NCBI GenBank assembly: GCA_016748015.1
Contig: JAAOMT010000309.1
Location: 62,001 to 126,000 of the forward strand
DNA length: 64,000 nucleotides
Direction: 5' to 3'
DNA from: Geosiphon pyriformis uo1
Taxonomy: Eukaryota > Fungi > Glomeromycota
Part shown: one piece after another, positions 25,045 to 39,300 of the stretch
Layout: each line of letters begins with the position of its first letter
Position numbering within the stretch: the stretch's first letter is position 1
Program-made: the position numbers and the translations under genes
The notes under the pieces: model-generated
Database searches by the model: none
Told to the model about the DNA's origin: nothing
Seen by the model: the letters and a program-made list of their open reading frames with translations, nothing else

Positions 25045-28000
25045 CTATATAATTATGTTAATAAGANNNNNNNNNNNNNNNNNNNNTTACCATAGACATT
25101 GTCTCTGTCTGAACGATATTCTAATACCAAGTTACCAACACTTAAAAAAAATGTTTTATAGGTTTTCTTTTTCTTAAGCTTTTTTTGGAACTGTTTTATC
25201 TTTTCAAAAGTAATTATTCTTGCTTCTACCAAAAAGTCAAAAATGGTATTAAATCTTTTTTGCAAAATGTCTTTGTAATTTCCTATTGTGATCTTTTCAA
25301 AGGGTATTGTTTCAATATCAGTTTCTATTAATAGTGTTGTCATGCATCCATAAAGCAGATAAAAAGATTTATAACTTGTTATGTTATAATTCACAGTTCT
25401 ATAAGCAAACAAAGCTAAAGACAGTACTTTGTTCTATAGGTTTGTTTCTTTACTGGTTTTGGCTAGAGTTTTACATAGTGTTCTATTAAAACGTTCCACT
25501 AAGCCATTTGTTTGGGAGTAATAAAATGAAAAAAGTTTATAACATATTCCTATTTTTTTATAAAGTTCTTCAACCAGTATACTGAGAAAAGCTCTTTCTC
25601 TATCAGATAAAAGTTTTTTGGAGCAGTCATGATGGCAAATAATATCTTTATAAATAAAATTGGCTATTAAAACTACTGTTTAGTCAGAAGTGGCTCTTGC
25701 TTCTACTTACTTTGTAAGATAGTCAATAACTGTGATAATATATCTGTTGCCATTAAGAGTTATTGTTAAAGGTCCAACAACATCTATATCAATTCTGTTA
25801 AATGGTTGACCAACAGAAATTGAATAAATATTTTCTTTGCGATTGAATTTGCTTCTTCTTTGGCAGATGTTACAGGTTTTGATGTATTAAGCAATGTTCT
25901 TTCCCAAGATAGGCCAATAATAATGAGCTAAAGTTTTCTGAATTGTCTTTGTTTTTCCAAAGTGTTTAGCTAATGGGTCAGTGTGCATGTTATATATTAC
26001 AATTTTTTTTTCTTCAAATCTGATGACTCTTTGGGAGTGGTTAGAATCTTTTCTATTTCTTTTATATAACTGGTTCTGATGAATCAAATAGAAATTTGAT
26101 TGTTTGTACAAATGTTTTCTTTGCTATTAGATGTATTTTAGTGAGTATTGTCCTTTATCCAAAAATTCTATTAAGACAGAGTAGTTATCCAAGTCTATTA
26201 TTATGTTTGTTTATGAAGGGGTTACTAATAATTAAGTTGGTTTGGTTTGAGAGATTTTATTATTACTAAATAGTAAGTCTAGAGAGAGCACTGGTGTTTT
26301 GATAATTTGCTTCTTTGCAGTATTGAATATTATAGTCAAATTTATTCAAGTGGAGTATTCAGTGAGTTATTCATTTGTGTTCTAGCTTCTTTTTATTGTA
26401 CAGCCAAACCAAGACTTGATGATCTGTTATCACTAAGAATTTTACACCAAAAAAATATTGATCCCAGTAACTAGTAATCCAAACTACTGCTAAACATTCT
26501 TGTTTAGTAACTGAATAGTTCTTTTCTGCTGGTATAAGAGATCTACTGGCATATATTATGGCATGTTCTCTACTATTTTCATCTTTCTGTGAAAAAACAG
26601 CACCAAGTCCATAATCAGATGTATTAGTGTAGAGGATAAAAAGTTGGTTCAGATCAAGTTGCTTGAGAATTGGTTCAGTAACAAGTTTTTTCTTCAGAAT
26701 TTCAAAAGCTTTTTGTTGATGAGTGCTCCAGTAATAATTGACATTTTTTTTTGAGTAGTTGATTAAGAGGAAAGACGATTTTGAAGAAATTCTTGATAAA
26801 TTTGTGATAGTAAGAAGCCAAACCAAGGAAAAAGCGTAGTTCAGGAACATTCATTGGTTGTTTAATGTTTTAAACTTTTTTAACCTTAATTGGATCAAGA
26901 AAGATTCCATCTTTTATAATAAAATAACCAAAAAACTAGGTGGATTGACATTTAAAGAAAAATTTAATTGGATTAATCTTAAGGCCAGCATTTCTAAACA
27001 GGTCAAAAACCTTTTGCAAGTGTTCAAGATGTTTATCTCAGGTTTTTGAATAGACTATTATGTCATCTAAGTAGACCAGAACAAAGTTTTTTTTTATTGA
27101 TTCAAATACTTTGTCCATTAAGTGTTAAAAAATAGAAAAGACATTGGTAAAACCAAAAAACATGACTGTGAATTCATAAGTACCATACTTGGTAATGAAA
27201 GCAGTTTTCTTTCTGCTTTCTGGATCCATCTTTACTTGCCAGAATCCAGCAGTTAAGTTAATGGTTGAGAAAAAAGCAGCACCATTGAATTTATTTAGCA
27301 TTGCATCAATTTTGGGGAGTAAGTATATGTTTTTTATAGTGATGGCATTTAATTGATAATAGTTAATACAGAAGCATAGAATTTCATTATTTTTGGATAC
27401 CACTACAATAAGAAAAGCTTATTCATTCTTGGTTTTTTGTATAAATCCAAGATCTTTTATCTGGTTTATCTCTTTTTTGATAAACTTATTATTGTATTAA
27501 TTAGATTGATAAGGCTTCAAATAGATAGAACAAGTTTTTTTTGTGGTAATAGTGTATTGTATTACATGAGTTTATCTAAGGATATCATTTTCTTTTGAGA
27601 TAACTGGGCTATTCTTAGCCAACAGATTTTCAATATCCACTTTTCTTTCTTTAAGAGAAGGTTCTCTTTATTCTATAACTAGTGATTGGATTTCAGATGG
27701 TTTACTTTCAAAAAACTTCTGTACTTCTTTTAGTTCTTTTCTGGATATTAAACTAATTGGCTCCCAATCTTTGTAATAGATTAGACAAGACTTGTATTTA
27801 TTACTAGGAGAATACAAAGGTTTATTACACCAGTATCTGGCACAAGGACCATGCCACCAATAACTATATTTTGTTTTCTTGCCAGGTTTTTTATCAAAAG
27901 TTTTTCTGAGGATATCATAGTAGGGCCAGCAGATTAGCTTGCCATTTACCATAATTTCTTTTTTATCTGCTTTGACATTATCTAATGGCTTGTTATTGCT

Positions 28001-31000
28001 GGTAAAAATGGTGTAGGCAAGTTCAGTAGTTTCTTCTTGTTTATCTTTTTTTTCACTTTTTTCATTATCTGATTCATCTGATTGCTTTTTTTCTTGGCTT
28101 TGTTTAAGTACTAGAGGAATTGTTCAATAGCAACATTTAACCATGATGGGGTTTTTACCACATTTGATGGTTAGTTTACAGAGTTCATAATTAAGCAAGA
28201 CTTTTGCTTTCTTGAGTTATTCATTGCCAACTATTATGGTGTATTTTTTTGCTTCAGATATTTCCATGTCAGTTTTAATGCTGATGTCATTAATTTGAAC
28301 AAGAACAGCTTTGGCTATGTCCAGACCTTTCTTCTTGTCACAATATATGTTGGTCATTAGTCTTGTGGATAGTTCATCAATCTTTCTGCCAATTGCTTCT
28401 AAGAAGTGTTTGACAATGACATTAACAGATAATCTATTGTTTAGAATCAGATTAATAAAGTAGCCAGCCACTTGGGCTTTATAAATAAGAAGAGTAACAT
28501 TGCTGTTGTCAGCAAGTTTGGCTTGATGTGAGTGCTTGTTGGTCTTTGGTGTCTTTTTCTTGTGAATTAAAGATTTGTGAAGGTCTTTTCTGAATTGGAA
28601 ATGAGTCATTAACTGGCCAAAAGTAATATAAACAGATGTTTTTATAAGATCTTTGACAACAGAATAAGGACCAGATTTTTGTACTATTTCTGAAGGTTTC
28701 AACTTTGGAGAATTCTTGAAAACTTTATCCTTTAGTGGCTTATTGTTATTAGCAGTTGATGTAAAGGCTTTTTTTGGATCTATAATAAAATCAACCTTGG
28801 CTTTCTTCTTCTTTTTTGTTGATTCAAAAGTGTTAATTGTTAGTTCATCTATGTCATGGTCATCATCAGTTAGATTAAAAGCATAAAAAGAGTTTTCTTT
28901 TAGTTAACTTGCACTTTTACTCTTTGGAGGTATGCCTACTAGTTTAAAAACTGATAAACAGTGGCTTCAACTAAGGAATCCTTTCCAAAGAAATTGATAT
29001 TAGCATAATTAGGTCTTTGGTTAAGGACATTGTTGTTGATGGTTCTGTTGTTTTAATTGTCATTGTTTTTGGGAGCTAGAAGAGGCAGGGGAGGATTGTT
29101 GCAATCTCTTGAGAAATGTTCAGTTAATCTACAGTGGTAGCACACAGGTGAGCCATAATTTTGCTGTCTTTGGTAAGAGAGCTGTTGAGGCTGATTGAAA
29201 TGTGGTTCAAATCTAGATTTTTGTGGTTGCTGGTTGTCTCTGACTGCTTGGGCTAATGGTTCTAATAACCAAACAAAATTTGTTGTAAGTCTATCTATCA
29301 ACTGTTCATTGGAATTTTGAGTTTAGGTGGCAAAAGAGATAGTAGTTATTTGGAGAACAAGAGCCATAACAAGAGCAGGAGCAAAAACTGGAAGAATAGA
29401 TCCCAGATGCATTCTTTGGTTATTTTTTATTTTCTGGACAAGTTCAATAGCCATATTTATTGTGGGATTATCTTTTAAGACCAAAAAAAGCCAAAGAGCA
29501 TAGAACAGATCTGTTCTCAATTTTTTTGTAAAGGAATGAATCTTTTGTTCTTCTGTTTAGTTTTTTTTAGAGTCTACTTTTTTAATTAACTTTCTGATGA
29601 CTTTGGCATATTTAGTTATCACTTTACCAGGACCTTGGGTTTTTTTTTCTAGTTCCATGTACTATTTAGATATTAAGATAGAAGTTCTAAATTTTATTTC
29701 AAACTGGGTAGTAAAAGAAGTGTTGTCTTTTCTGGTATTTGCTAGTGCCCATCTAATGATTTTTTGCTGAGCATTAACATTAGTTTCTTGTAAGAACCAA
29801 ATAGCAGGAGAGTCTTGAAGGTAGCCACTAATGATTTGGAACTTATATTTATTATTATATTGGTTGGCTGTGGCTGCTTTTTCAAAGTTATTCAATCATT
29901 TAATTGAATCTTGTGCATTACTTCTAAACAAAGGTAATGGAGTGTTATTTTTTTTCCCAAAGCAGTTTGTATGTCTTGGAGGGCAATCAGAATGTTCTGT
30001 TGCATAAAATCATTAGCCATTGGTTTAGAAGTTACTGTTTGAGTAGAATAATCTGATTCACTTGAGAAGAGATCAAAAACAAGAGCAGTTTAATAGCCTT
30101 TTTCTTCTGTTTCAAGAGGAGTTTCAATTGATTGATGGGCAACAATCCAAGTATGAATTTAATGATTCAGATATTCGAAATCAGGGAACTTTTGTTCAAA
30201 AGTTGTGGAATATAAAAGCTAATTGATGCTGTTGTTTTTTTTTTCAAAGTTGTCTTCAAAATAAGTTTGATCAAAGTAATAAGTTGTATAGGCTATGTAA
30301 ATTTTAACTAAATGCTTGTTCAGGAACCAGTTCCAAAAGTTTTGGAATTGTCTGCTAAATTGTTCTTTAATGGGGAAGCAAATCAAGCAGAAGGACAAAG
30401 AATTGAGTTCAATAAAGTCTAGATTGTTTTTGCTGTGTGTTTCAAAGTGTTCTTCTAATTGTTATGACAGGTATGAATAATCACCCATACAATAAGAAAC
30501 AAAGTAAATTTTGACAATCTTACAAAGAGCACTACTTTTATGTTATGGATTGGAGTAACAAGCTAATGAATAGCAAAGGAGAACAGGATTGTAGGGTAAT
30601 AGAAATAATCAAAGGGAATTTAACTTCAAAGAGTGAATTGAATGAGTATGAATTCAATGTGTGAGATTAGTCTCATGAAATATCTTAGTCACTATTCTTT
30701 TCAAAAGGTAACTGGGAAATCTGAAGGTAAAGGGATAGTCCATATTGTTAACAAATAATCACACTTGGTATAATTCTATGTTTTATATTGGCACTTTTAG
30801 AATTCAATATCAAGTATTAAATGTGCTCTTTAGTTATGTTTTATTCAATAATCTTCAAATGTCATACTTATATATTGTTACAAGTAATTATTTGGGGTCT
30901 CAAAGCAAATAACAAACTTGTAACTTGGTGCTTAATTAATATAATGATGATGATTTCTGAATGTCTGGTTGATCTGAAGATTTTGCTTATCTGAAGGTTT

Positions 31001-31755
31001 TGTTGTGGAGTTTTTTGTATAATGGGCAGAGATTTAATAGTTGTTTCAGTAGTCTTTTGGAATCGCAATTTTATCAAATTTCTTTCTCAGCTTGGTGGCC
31101 GATAATTCTCCTAGTAAGCTATTCTCAAATTTATGAGTATTCTACCCTTGTTTTATGGGTCTTTTACCAGTCCCTATATTCTGATATCAGTACTTCAGTG
31201 CTTAATCTTTAATTAATTTAGTAACAACAAAAAAAATAACAATAGAAAAATAAAAAAAATAAAAAAAATAAAAAAATAAGCCAAGGTGATTTTGCAAGTT
31301 AGTATCTCATCAATAGCCATGATCAAAAGCTATTGTTCCAGTGTGGTTAAGTATGAATTACTATCAACATAAAGTGTTGATTGTGGAAAGTGAATTGAAA
31401 GGTTGAATAATTATTTATTAATATTTGTGATGTGGAAAGTTGCTTAGATTAAATTTAAACAAAGAGGTCTGTCTTTTTTACTTCTAACACTACCACTATA
31501 TATACATAATTAAGATTCCTCAATTCCTCAATTCCTCAATTCTTCACACCAGGAATTTTGGAATTTCTTTTGAAAGGAATCCTGGAATTCTGGAATTTTG
31601 TAATTCCTTGTACAAAAATCCTAAAATTCCTGGAATCTTGCAATTCCTCTTGAGAAAAATCCTGGAATTTCACATTTACTACAGCTACTTCTGATTGGCT
31701 AATTATATACTAATATATACTTCCGATGTTCTATGAGTAACATTATTTTCTCTTT

Positions 31756-32393
31756 TTAATATTGAGCTCTGTTGAGATCTCCCAAATCTTCTAACTCTAA
31801 TTCTCTATCTTCAATTATTTCTTGAACTTCTTTTTCAAGAATTACTTGGATTATCCTGTTTTGTAATTTTTCAAATTGGGTGTTGGTTATTTTTTTCATT
31901 TGGTTTACTGTATAGAGTCCATTTCTGAATTAAATAAGATTTCTGGTCTGTCTTGAAATCCAATATGTAACCAATATATGGCTCTTGTTTGTGTAGTCAA
32001 ATTGTTTTTTCCCATAAATTGTTTCAGTTGTTGCAGTATTATTGTGTCAAATAGTTATTTTGTCTTATTTATATATAAGTTTTGAATATTTAAGTGTCAT
32101 CCCAAGTGAAAGTAACAAAAGTTTCTTGGAAATTTGTGTATCCACTATTTTCAAGTTTCTTTAGTCAACTCTTAATATGTGGCAATACTTGTTGGTTTTT
32201 CTATTGTTATTTTTATTTTCTGAACCATTTTATTAATAGTATTTTCTGTTTTTCTTCGACTTTTGTATTTAGATATCTTTCTGGTATCTCAGTATTAAAT
32301 AGTTTGTTGATTGATAATAATTTCCATATTTTGTTGTTGAATCAGTTAGAAGAGTTGTTGTGTTAGTAAGTAAATGTTGTCAGTAATTTCCAT
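31756..32393 (-). pseudogene. Family X extra 3' ORF of unknown function (~210 aa)
   Basis: My translation: MEITDNIYLL...FCYFHLG...RAIYWLHIGF...KKITNTQFEKL...DLNRAQY*; internal stops are TAA/TAG/TGA explicable by C>T; one 1-nt frameshift near 31920. Confidence 0.6.
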
Positions 32394-32455
32394 TTTTCTG
32401 AAGTCTTTCATTATGTTTACTATGTCTTTATATATATTTTTTATTGTTCTATTTT

Positions 32456-33830
32456 ATGTGTTTGATCCAATAATTATGATTGGTTCAAGATCTTGTGAAA
32501 TTTTATCTGGTCTGACTAATATTCTCTGTACTCCTAGTTGTGAAATATTACTGGTAGATAGTGATGCTGTATGATAATATTGTTTTAGTTGATCATCATG
32601 TGCTGCTTTGGTTAAAATTTTGTTGTTTAACCTTAATTTATAAGCTCTATTTCTTAAAATTTCTTCTATGTAAAATGGCCTGTTCTATTTGGGGTCAAAT
32701 TTTCCACTCCATTGTTTTTCTGCTTTGGTATAATGTAGAAGTATTTTGTCTCCAATCTTGAATTTTATTGGTTTCTCTGATAGTTAGTTATCATGTCTTT
32801 TTTTTTGTTTTTCTTGTGACTTTTGGATGTTATCAGCTGCTTTTTGTCATGTGTTTTCTAGTGTCTTCATTAAATTATATGTTCTTTTTAATAATATTCT
32901 TTGAAAATTTTCTTCTGTTATTGGTTTTGTTAGATATGTCTTGACTTTTATCTCAACTGGTAATGTTGCTGTCCTATTATATACTAATTCAAATAGTGTT
33001 GCTTGTATAGTGTCTTGTTTCATTGTTCAATATGCTAATAATACTGATGGTATGATTAAATCTTATTCATTCTGGTTTTCTTGGCTAATTTTGGCTATTG
33101 CTTTACACAGTGTTTTATTGAACCTTTCAACTAACCCATTTGTTTGTGAAAAGTATAATAATAATAATGGTCTTTTTATCCCAAATCTTTGACTTAATTC
33201 TGCTAATGTTTTATTCACAAAATGAGTTCTTTGATCTGATAGTAGTTCTTTTGGACATCTGTGTTGACAGATCAAATCTTGATAGACGAATTTGGCAACA
33301 GATTCTGCATCTGCTCTTTGAATAGGTTTTGCTTCTGGCCATTTTGTGAGATAATCTATAACTACTGCAATATATCTGTTGTCTCTGCTGGTAATTGTTA
33401 ATGATTCAACTAAGTCAATTCCAATGTAATCAAATGGTTGTCTCACTTTGATTGGTTTTAATGGTTTATTTGGTTTTGTTTTACCTCTTCTTTGACAAGC
33501 ATTACAACTTTGAACATATTGAATAATATTCAAATACATTGATGGCCAATAGTATCTTTTTCTGATTTTTTCTATGGTTGCTTCTTTGTGAAAATGTCCT
33601 GCTGTTAGATCCAAGTGCATGTTGAATAATATTGTCTCTTTTTTTGATTCTGTGATTACTTTCATTAGTTGATCTGGATTTCTTTTGTTCTTTTGGTAAA
33701 GTATATTTTGATGGTTGATAAAATATTTTGATTGCTGTTTTATGTTGTTTTGTTTTTTTTGAGATAATTTCTTCTTGAACAATTGGGTATTATATAATAT
33801 TGAAGTTGTTGGTATTTTTGTATATTCATG
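32456..33830 (-). pseudogene. Family X integrase
   Basis: HLDLTAGH...CNAC; IGIDLV, SDQRTHF, GLVERFN (DDE). Confidence 0.9.
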
Positions 33831-33899
33831 TTTTATTATATTTTTGTGTTGGAATGTTTTTAGATTTGTCTTATTTGTGATAATCCGTTGGCATTTCCG

Positions 33900-35120
33900 T
33901 TTTCTGTTCTTTTTTTATAATGGACTATATAATTAAATGGTGAAAGTTCTATTTTCTATCTAGTATAGCGATTGTCTGCAAATACTTGTTTTTGAATTGA
34001 AGTCAATCTTTTGTAATTAGTATATACATTAAACTTTTGACTTAAATATTTTTTCTATTTGGTAACAGCCTAATAGATAGCTAAGTGTTCCAGTGCTAAA
34101 GTTTTATAGTTTTTTTCAGCTGAACTTAAGCTTCTATTGGTATAAGCTACTGGATGTTCTCATCCATTCAATTCTTTCTGAGATAATACTGTTCTCAATG
34201 CTTGACCAGATGCATCAGTTGTAATTATGAATGGCTTGCTATGATCTGGATAGATTAGTACTGGAGCTTAGATAAGCTTTTTTTTTAATATATCAAAAGC
34301 TTTTTGCTAAGTTTCAGTTCACTCATATTTGGTGTTTTTTGTTTGGAGTTGGTGTAATAATTGAGCTATTTTGGAAAAGTTTTTGATAAAGTAGCAGTAG
34401 CATCCAGCAAATTCTAAGAATGCTCTTAATTCTGTGAGATTAGTTGGTACTGGAAAGTTCTTAACAACCTCAATCTTGTCTGGATCTGTTTTAATTCTAT
34501 CTTTGCTTATTACATGTCTCAAAAACTTGAGTTCAGTTTTTCCAAAGAAACATTTATTTGCATTTAGCTTTAATTCAGCTCTTCTTATTCTTTCAAACAC
34601 TTGTTGAAAATGATATAAATAATCATCAAATGTTTTGGAAAACACATTGGTGTTATCTAAATATATGACTACTGATTTCTATAGTAGTCTAGTATAGACA
34701 ATTTCCATTAGTTTTTGAAATATGGCAGGTGCATTCATCAAGCCAAATAGCATGACTTCAAATTCAAAATTTTTTTCTTGAGTTGTGAACACTGTTTTTT
34801 TTTTGTCTTTTGGCTTCATGGCTACTTGCCAGTAACTACTGTCTAAGTCCAAAGTTAAGAACCATTTTTTTCCTCCAAAAGTATCAAAAAGTTCTTGGAT
34901 TTTTGGAGTTAAGTAACTATTTCTTTTGGTTACTCCATTCAGTTTCCAGTAATCTACACAAAAGTGGATTTTTCCATTTTTCTTATGGACTAGTACCACT
35001 GGTGATGACTATGGACTTATTGATGACTGAATTAGCCCATTGTCAAGCATCTAATTAATTTCTTAACAATTGATCTTATGACTAGCTAGTGGTATTCTGT
35101 ATGCTCTCTGTTTAATTGAC
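33900..35120 (-). pseudogene. Family X reverse transcriptase and RNase H
   Basis: FCVDYWKLN, LDLDSSYWQV, FGLMNAPAIFQ, YLDN (YLDD mutated), TTDASG. Confidence 0.92.
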
Positions 35121-35689
35121 ATTGCATCTCCAGTCTTGATTTAATGTTAGATGATATCAGTTCTGCCAAATTTATTTTTACTGATGAAAATGTCACTAAA
35201 GTTGTTGAGTAATATCTTGAGTTGTATATATTGTAGTGAATTTAAGTTTTCCATGTTTATTTGTTTCAACTGTTCTGGTTGGAACAAATAACATTTATTT
35301 TGTCTGTATATTGTTTGTGATGTAATATCCACATATTCACAAAGTTGTGGAAAGTCTGAAATAGTGTCTGGCAGTTGGTCCTTAATTTTAGTGGTTAAGT
35401 ATCCAATAATGATTTCTTTTGGTATCTCAATGATGTTTTCTGTGTTATTATAAATAGGAATTTTGATGTGACTGTAGTTCTTGGCTGGTATGTGCAGATT
35501 GACTAATCCAATCTCTCCTGATTCACAAAGTGTTGCTTCTATCTCAAAAATCTGAATTTGATCTTTCACTTTTCTTTCTATGACTACCATATACTAGTCA
35601 TATAGTGGAATAGAGATTGATTAATGGAATGAGATAATTTCTCCTTTGTCAACAATTTTTTTCTCTGCCATATTAACTGGTATGTCTAT

Positions 35690-36085
35690 TCTACCTGTTG
35701 AACCAAATTCCTGTATCCTTCTTGCTGTTATCCTTAGTTCTTTTTTATTTCCTACTGACACTAATTGTACTACTTTTACCAAAGATAGGAATATTGCCTG
35801 TGCTATTTTTTTATTTGGATCTATGATATATGCTTTTTCTGAGTCATTTTGTAGTATAGCAATAATATTTTCTATGTATTCTGTGTCAATTATTCCTCCT
35901 CTGATGTTAATTCCATTTTTGGCTAAGCTTTTCTTAGATGCTAACTGAACCATTGTTGTTGCTAGAATTTCCAGTGCTATTTTGAGATTAATGCAAGTGC
36001 ACAAATAGGGTTCCAATTTGATGGGATCTTTTTCTGGATATTTCAGATTAAATCTTGTATCAGTATCATGTGCACATTCTGGCAT
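35690..36085 (-). pseudogene. dut: Family X dUTPase domain (decayed)
   Basis: DTRFNL, ASKKSL, GGIIDTEY, KIAQAI, RRIQEFGSTG; aligns with the Z dUTPase. Confidence 0.88.
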
Positions 36086-36334
36086 AATACTTTCATTATT
36101 ATTGCTGAACTATTTCAGTTCTTGCTTTTTGTTGAGATCAGAGAGTGTGATGTATTGCTCGGAGTTTGAATCGCTATTATTTTTGTTACTATATTGAGTA
36201 GAACTGGAACTATTGTTTTTGTCATCATCACTGTCAGAATTTGAATCAGGATTGAAAATTGATTTCAATTCTAATGCACAGCTGCTGATTGGCTCTTTCT
36301 CTTCTAGGATCGCATAGATTATGCATGGTAGTAG

Positions 36335-39300
36335 ATTGTAAATGAGGTCACATTCATTACAATATTAAAAGTCACATGGAATCAAACAGTGGTCACATAA
36401 CTGAGTGTTGATTTCTTTCAAGTGTTGCTTCTGCTCTTCTCTTGTAGATACTAGCTCTTGGTAGTGTTCATGAAATTGTTCTGAGTCCAAGAGATTTATG
36501 ACTGGTTTGGGGTCCCAATTAAGTTCTATGGGCTCTGGTGGGTTATTTTTGATTGTCCTTATTTCTTCTAGTGACACTTCTTTGATTTTGGTAAGAGCCA
36601 TTTGTCAAATTTCATCATCATTGTGTAGACATCTATCCAAGCATTTGACTGCTTGTCTCCAGGCAGCATCAATGGGCATTTTTTTTCTTACCCAGTTGCT
36701 TATGAAAATCATGTACTGACACAATTCATCACATGTTTCTTCTCTCTTAGAAATGTTATTCCATATTTCTTCATCAAGAAGAGTTTTTCCACAAGCCAAG
36801 CATGGCTTATTATCCTATTTTCTAACTTGTTTTGGTCTTCTAAAGCATTCAATGATGCATGAGTAGTAATAAAACTTAGTTGCCATTAGGTATTCTTTAT
36901 TGTTGCCACAGCATGCATTTATTAATAACAATTTCTTGCCACAATCAATGCATATGAGCTTTGGTCAACAATAAAGTGCTTGTGGTGGTTGAAAATAAGT
37001 ATATGGATAGTAAGTGGTAGTTGGTATTGGATTTTCTTCTTTTTTTTCTTTTTTCCTTCATGATTGTCTTCTTTCTATTTCCAAGTTGTTAGTTTGTTCT
37101 GATTATTGTCAGTTTTCTAGGCTTGGTCAGCATTCTAGGTAAGTTCTTCTTTTTGTTTTTTTTTTCTATTGTTATCTCAAAAGAGTATTAGTGGTAGTTT
37201 GTTGTGGTCTTCATTGGCCCAGAACACTTAATAGGCTTCTCAGATAGGTTTCTTTTTTTCTTTCTTGAATTCGATAAGTAGAGCTAATAACATAATGATA
37301 GATTTAAAGTGTTTACATATGACCAGTACTCTCATGTGTTGACCATTCTGGCTCAGTTGTAGTTCCTGTGTGTTTTAATTGAGCATGGTGTTTGTTTTAA
37401 CTAGCCAGTCATTACCAACTAGTGCTTGATACTGTGTACTCTCTATTACCAAAACTTTGATTGGAGTAATAATACCATTTATTTCAAAAAGAAAATTATC
37501 AATCTTGTCAACAGAAGTCTTGGTTGCTTCATCAGCCATTATTATCTTGCCACTGGCAGCACAATCAACTCGGCAACCTAATTGGTTCATAAGTTGTTAT
37601 GTGATAATACTACTTGCTGACTCACTATTAAAAATGAGTTTGATAGCATGGCTATCTATTTTGGTATCAGTGTACATAGCAGTGATTGGTTTTTCCTCAA
37701 ATGTGGTTCCACTGAACAATAGAGTTGCTGACAGTTCTTCAATTTCAAAGAGAAATATAGCTATGAGTGACTTGTTTTTTATAATGGTGGCTGGTGGTAT
37801 ATTACTGATAAGTGATTTTTGGTTTGTTTCTAAGTTATTGGGTGAGACATCTTTTGGAATAACCAGAAGACTTAAATAGTTCTGGGAACTCAGGTTTTGA
37901 GTATATCTGGTTCTTGAATTTCACTGGCATAATCCTAACAGCTGGTTGAAAAAACTGAGAATTAGTTGGTGGACAACTATTGCTGATCTCCAGTTTTAGG
38001 TAACTCTTGATCTAGAATTTCCTGATGTCATCCAAGCTGAGTTTAATGGTGGTGTTAAAGTTTGTTGGGGTTGATAAATTACTTGAGGCTATAGTTAATA
38101 TATTGGTTGAGGTTGGGGTTAATAAACTATGAGTGCTGAAGGTTGATAAATGGATAGCTGATAGATTGGCTGCTGCATTATAGGTAGGTAATTCAGTTGA
38201 TATAGTGTTGGATTGGGTTGGTAACTTGAAGTTTAAAACTGGCAATCAGCATTTTAATATTGATTTCCTAATTGTTGGTTATCTATTCTTAACCTGCTGT
38301 CAATCTTTAAGTGTCCTTGTTTACCACAGTAATGGCAAACACATGTTTCTTGTTGCCACTGTTGATTGGTAAAGGATAATAGATGCAATTAATTCTGGAA
38401 ACAATTCAGGTTTCTTTAATTATTGTGTCATTGTAAAAGTTGATAAATTGCATGATTGTTAGCTAAGTATTCCTTTAATTTCTGATTGATTGAATCACTG
38501 AATTGTTTCAATTTGGAATCCAATTCAGATGATTCATTCATTACTAGATTAATAGCTTGGGTGTGGTTGGCTTCTAATTCTGCTGCTTTAAAATCTCTGG
38601 CATTTGTAACTGCAGCTTGAAGGTCTGCTGGATGTATTGGGCGTATATGCTGGAGGATGCTACTGCATAAGCCTCTAATAAATTGATTTAGAATTTGTGG
38701 TGCTGTAAAATAATCAGCCTGAATTGTCTGAATTTGGTGCAAATTTCTGTGGAAGTATTCTAAATAAGTAATGACTGCTTCATTTTCTTCTTGTTTGATG
38801 GTGGTGAAAGTGTTTGCCAATTGGTTGATGCTATTGTTATTACTAAAATATCCCAAGAATACAACTTTAAATTCCTGAAATGTTTAAAATTTGGCGACTA
38901 GGCTTTGATACCATGAGTTGGCAGTATCCTGTAAAAAATAGGAGATGGTTTAGAGTGCTTTCACATCATTCTATCTGTTGGCCGTGATGGTCTTTTCAAT
39001 ATCATTGAGCCATATTTGGGCATCATTTTTTTTGCCAGTAAATTTCTTGAGTTTTGTTATTGGAGTGTAGACTATTGGATCCAAGTTTAGTTGTTGAAGT
39101 TGTTATTATGGCTGTTGAAGTGACTGTTGTGGTTGTTGGGGTGGTTGAAATGGCTGCTGTTAAATTGGTTCAATAATCAGTTCAATTGGTAGTTGATTAA
39201 TGACAATTACTGGAGGTAAGTTTTGCTGATTAATTGTTTTGGGATTTGTATTATTCGGATTTTGAGGAGTTTGAAAGTTCAGAGTTTCAATTTTCAGATT

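Noticed and set aside
38012-38245. TTTAAAC near 38232-38238 as a frameshift site in X, and its S/T-rich ORF
   Set aside because: It arises from a probable CAA>TAA change in the Q/P-rich gag frame; homologous Z is single-frame
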